From IMG/VR virus record IMGVR_UViG_3300029068_000004: 28,003 nt of DNA, one strand, 5' to 3'. The notes below the pieces were generated by a model that saw only the letters and a program-made list of their open reading frames with translations, made no database searches and was not told the DNA's origin. This stretch comes from a virus. Its lineage: Duplodnaviria > Heunggongvirae > Uroviricota > Caudoviricetes. The position numbers and the translations under genes are program-made. Below, piece after piece: positions 26,888 through 28,003 of the stretch. The first letter of the stretch is position 1. Each line of letters begins with the position of its first letter.

Positions 26888-26916
26888 AAACAACAAAACC
26901 CGCTCAATGGCGGGTT
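26888..26916 (-). terminator. tR'-like intrinsic terminator downstream of the late promoter
   Basis: Minus strand AACCCGC-CAUUGA-GCGGGUU followed by UUGUUGUUU, about 60-80 nt downstream of the PR'-like promoter. Confidence 0.5.
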
Positions 26917-26974
26917 CTGGTAAAGTTCATGCGCTTGGTTCGCCTCGCGATACAGCTTTGCGAAGCATACCGGA

Positions 26975-27003
26975 ATTGAAGCAGTTTATGCGTAAAAAAT
27001 CAA
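26975..27003 (-). promoter_or_regulatory. PR'-like late promoter candidate immediately downstream of Q
   Basis: Minus strand TTGATT - 17 nt - TTCAAT; the -35 overlaps the Q stop codon, the expected position of a lambdoid late promoter. Confidence 0.4.
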
Positions 27004-27542
27004 GCTATTTTTTGAGCAAATGATTCTCGCATGGGAATATATAGGGCATACTCAGCAACAGCCAACCAATTAGCAATTCGCTTTTCGCATGTGCTAAAAC
27101 ACCACTCAGGATGTGCATCATTTAGCAATTCAGCCATTTTGCGCTTAGTCATCCCCCGTCCTTCATACCGTTGCCGGAGGACACTAATCAATCCAGGATG
27201 CTCTGCCAGCACCTCACTTATGACTCTATCAATACATAACGCCTCTGCATCAGTACAATGCGCCAGCCAGGTCTTTTGCTTGCCATTGATCATCTCTCGC
27301 AAAAACGCTTCCAGCTCAGGTTTCTCTATTCCCGCTTTTTTCATCCTGCGCAGGGCTTCATTGACGGCTGTTTTCGTCAATTTTTTGGATGCCAGCAACT
27401 GGTTAAACATATTTCCCGTCTTACCGCCGCCAATATACGACCAGCGCCCCCACATGCGCAGTTTTCCCTGAATCCAGACACTTTCCAGCGTGGTGAGACG
27501 AAGGTGTTCCCCGCTTTTGCCTGTATTTGTTGGGTAAATCAT
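27000..27542 (-). CDS. Putative late antiterminator Q-like protein
   Basis: 180 aa from ATG 27542 (overlaps the upstream stop as ATGA); sits directly upstream of the PR'-like promoter/terminator and lysis genes; contains a Cys pair cluster (C...C...C..C). Assigned mainly by synteny. Confidence 0.5.
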   Translation of the reverse strand: MIYPTNTGKSGEHLRLTTLESVWIQGKLRMWGRWSYIGGGKTGNMFNQLLASKKLTKTAVNEALRRMKKAGIEKPELEAFLREMINGKQKTWLAHCTDAEALCIDRVISEVLAEHPGLISVLRQRYEGRGMTKRKMAELLNDAHPEWCFSTCEKRIANWLAVAEYALYIPMRESFAQKIA

Positions 27543-27829
27543 AAATAACCTTCCTTTCTCCAGATTTCTTGTGTGCGAAAAACACCTTCTGCATGCATCA
27601 GGCGTAATTCTTCTTTGGTGTAATCGCTGGTTTTTACCCGCCCGTCGATTAAATCGTGGCATGAGCTACAGGCAATCGCTGCCTGCATATCGTGTGGTTT
27701 TGTCGCTGTTCCGCACGTCCCCGACAGCCTGTAATGCGCCAGCACAGATGTTTCGGGATTGTGATTGCAGTAGCCAGGAATTCTGACGGTGCACATCTGC
27801 CCCCGCGCCGCTTTACGTAAATCCACCAT
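27539..27829 (-). CDS. YbcO-like (DUF1364) putative zinc-binding nuclease, nin-region protein
   Basis: 96 aa MVDLRKAARGQMCTVRIPGYCNHNPETSVLAHYRLSGTCGTATKPHDMQAAIACSSCHDLIDG... with a Cys/His-rich pattern as I recall for DLP12 YbcO-family proteins. Confidence 0.5.
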   Translation of the reverse strand: MVDLRKAARGQMCTVRIPGYCNHNPETSVLAHYRLSGTCGTATKPHDMQAAIACSSCHDLIDGRVKTSDYTKEELRLMHAEGVFRTQEIWRKEGYL

Positions 27830-27831
27830 TA

Positions 27832-27904
27832 CGCAAACTCCAGTAACTGTGCGGCCACATTTTCGACTTCCTCCGGAGAGGAAAATTTACGGAACAGGAT
27901 CCAG
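27832..27904 (-). pseudogene. 3' remnant of a nin-region gene truncated by the IS insertion
   Basis: Minus-strand frame open from the IS boundary to a TAA that overlaps the ybcO-like start (TAATG); it encodes ...LFRKFSSPEEVENVAAQLLEFA with no start codon inside the prophage-derived part. Confidence 0.35.
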
Positions 27905-28003
27905 TGATCTTACCCAGCAATAGTGGACACGCGGCTAAGTGAGTAAACTCTCAGTCAGAGGTGACTCACATGACAAAAACAGTATCAACCAGTAAAAAAC
28001 CCC
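27905..28003 (+). mobile_element. Left end of an IS3-family insertion sequence (terminal inverted repeat plus start of orfA), continuing beyond the window
   Basis: Sequence TGATCTTACCCAGCAATAGTGGACACGCGGCTAAGTGAG... then GAGGTGA Shine-Dalgarno and ATG at 27970 encoding MTKTVSTSKKP..., which I recognise as the IS3 left end / OrfA N-terminus. Confidence 0.6.

Noticed and set aside
1-28003. tRNA, rRNA or attachment-site (att) features
   Set aside because: By eye, no tRNA-like cloverleaf region and no integrase or att core were found; the window is internal to the prophage late region.

Overview
This window is about 28 kb of the late region of a lambdoid (lambda/Rac-like) enterobacterial prophage, almost entirely encoded on the minus strand, so phage transcription runs from high to low coordinates. 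In that order: the left end of an IS3-family element (27905-28003) abutting a truncated nin-region gene; a YbcO-like (DUF1364) gene; a Q-like antiterminator; a PR'-like promoter with a tR'-like hairpin; an AT-rich moron (189-aa membrane protein with a convergent 53-aa ORF) with its own promoter and terminator; a lysis cassette (holin, lambda-R-like endolysin, Rz/Rz1); the trkG potassium-transporter moron; a translationally coupled ParB-like + GT-A-like gene pair; a small HTH protein; TerS, TerL, portal, Mu-F/SPP1-gp7-like head morphogenesis protein, scaffold, major capsid, neck/connector proteins, tail terminator, major tail tube, G/G-T chaperones with a dnaX-type slippery site, a 1077-aa tape measure, then lambda-like M, L, K, I, J, lom and the start of stf. 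The tail tip and lysis genes are near-identical to lambda as I recall it, while the head/packaging module is of a different lineage. K appears frameshifted and an IS element sits at the early/late junction, so the prophage may be defective. The two best candidates for an undescribed system are the ParB-like/GT-A-like module upstream of the terminase and the membrane-protein moron between Q and the holin. All calls rest on reading the sequence and ORF track and on remembered protein families; no database search was run.
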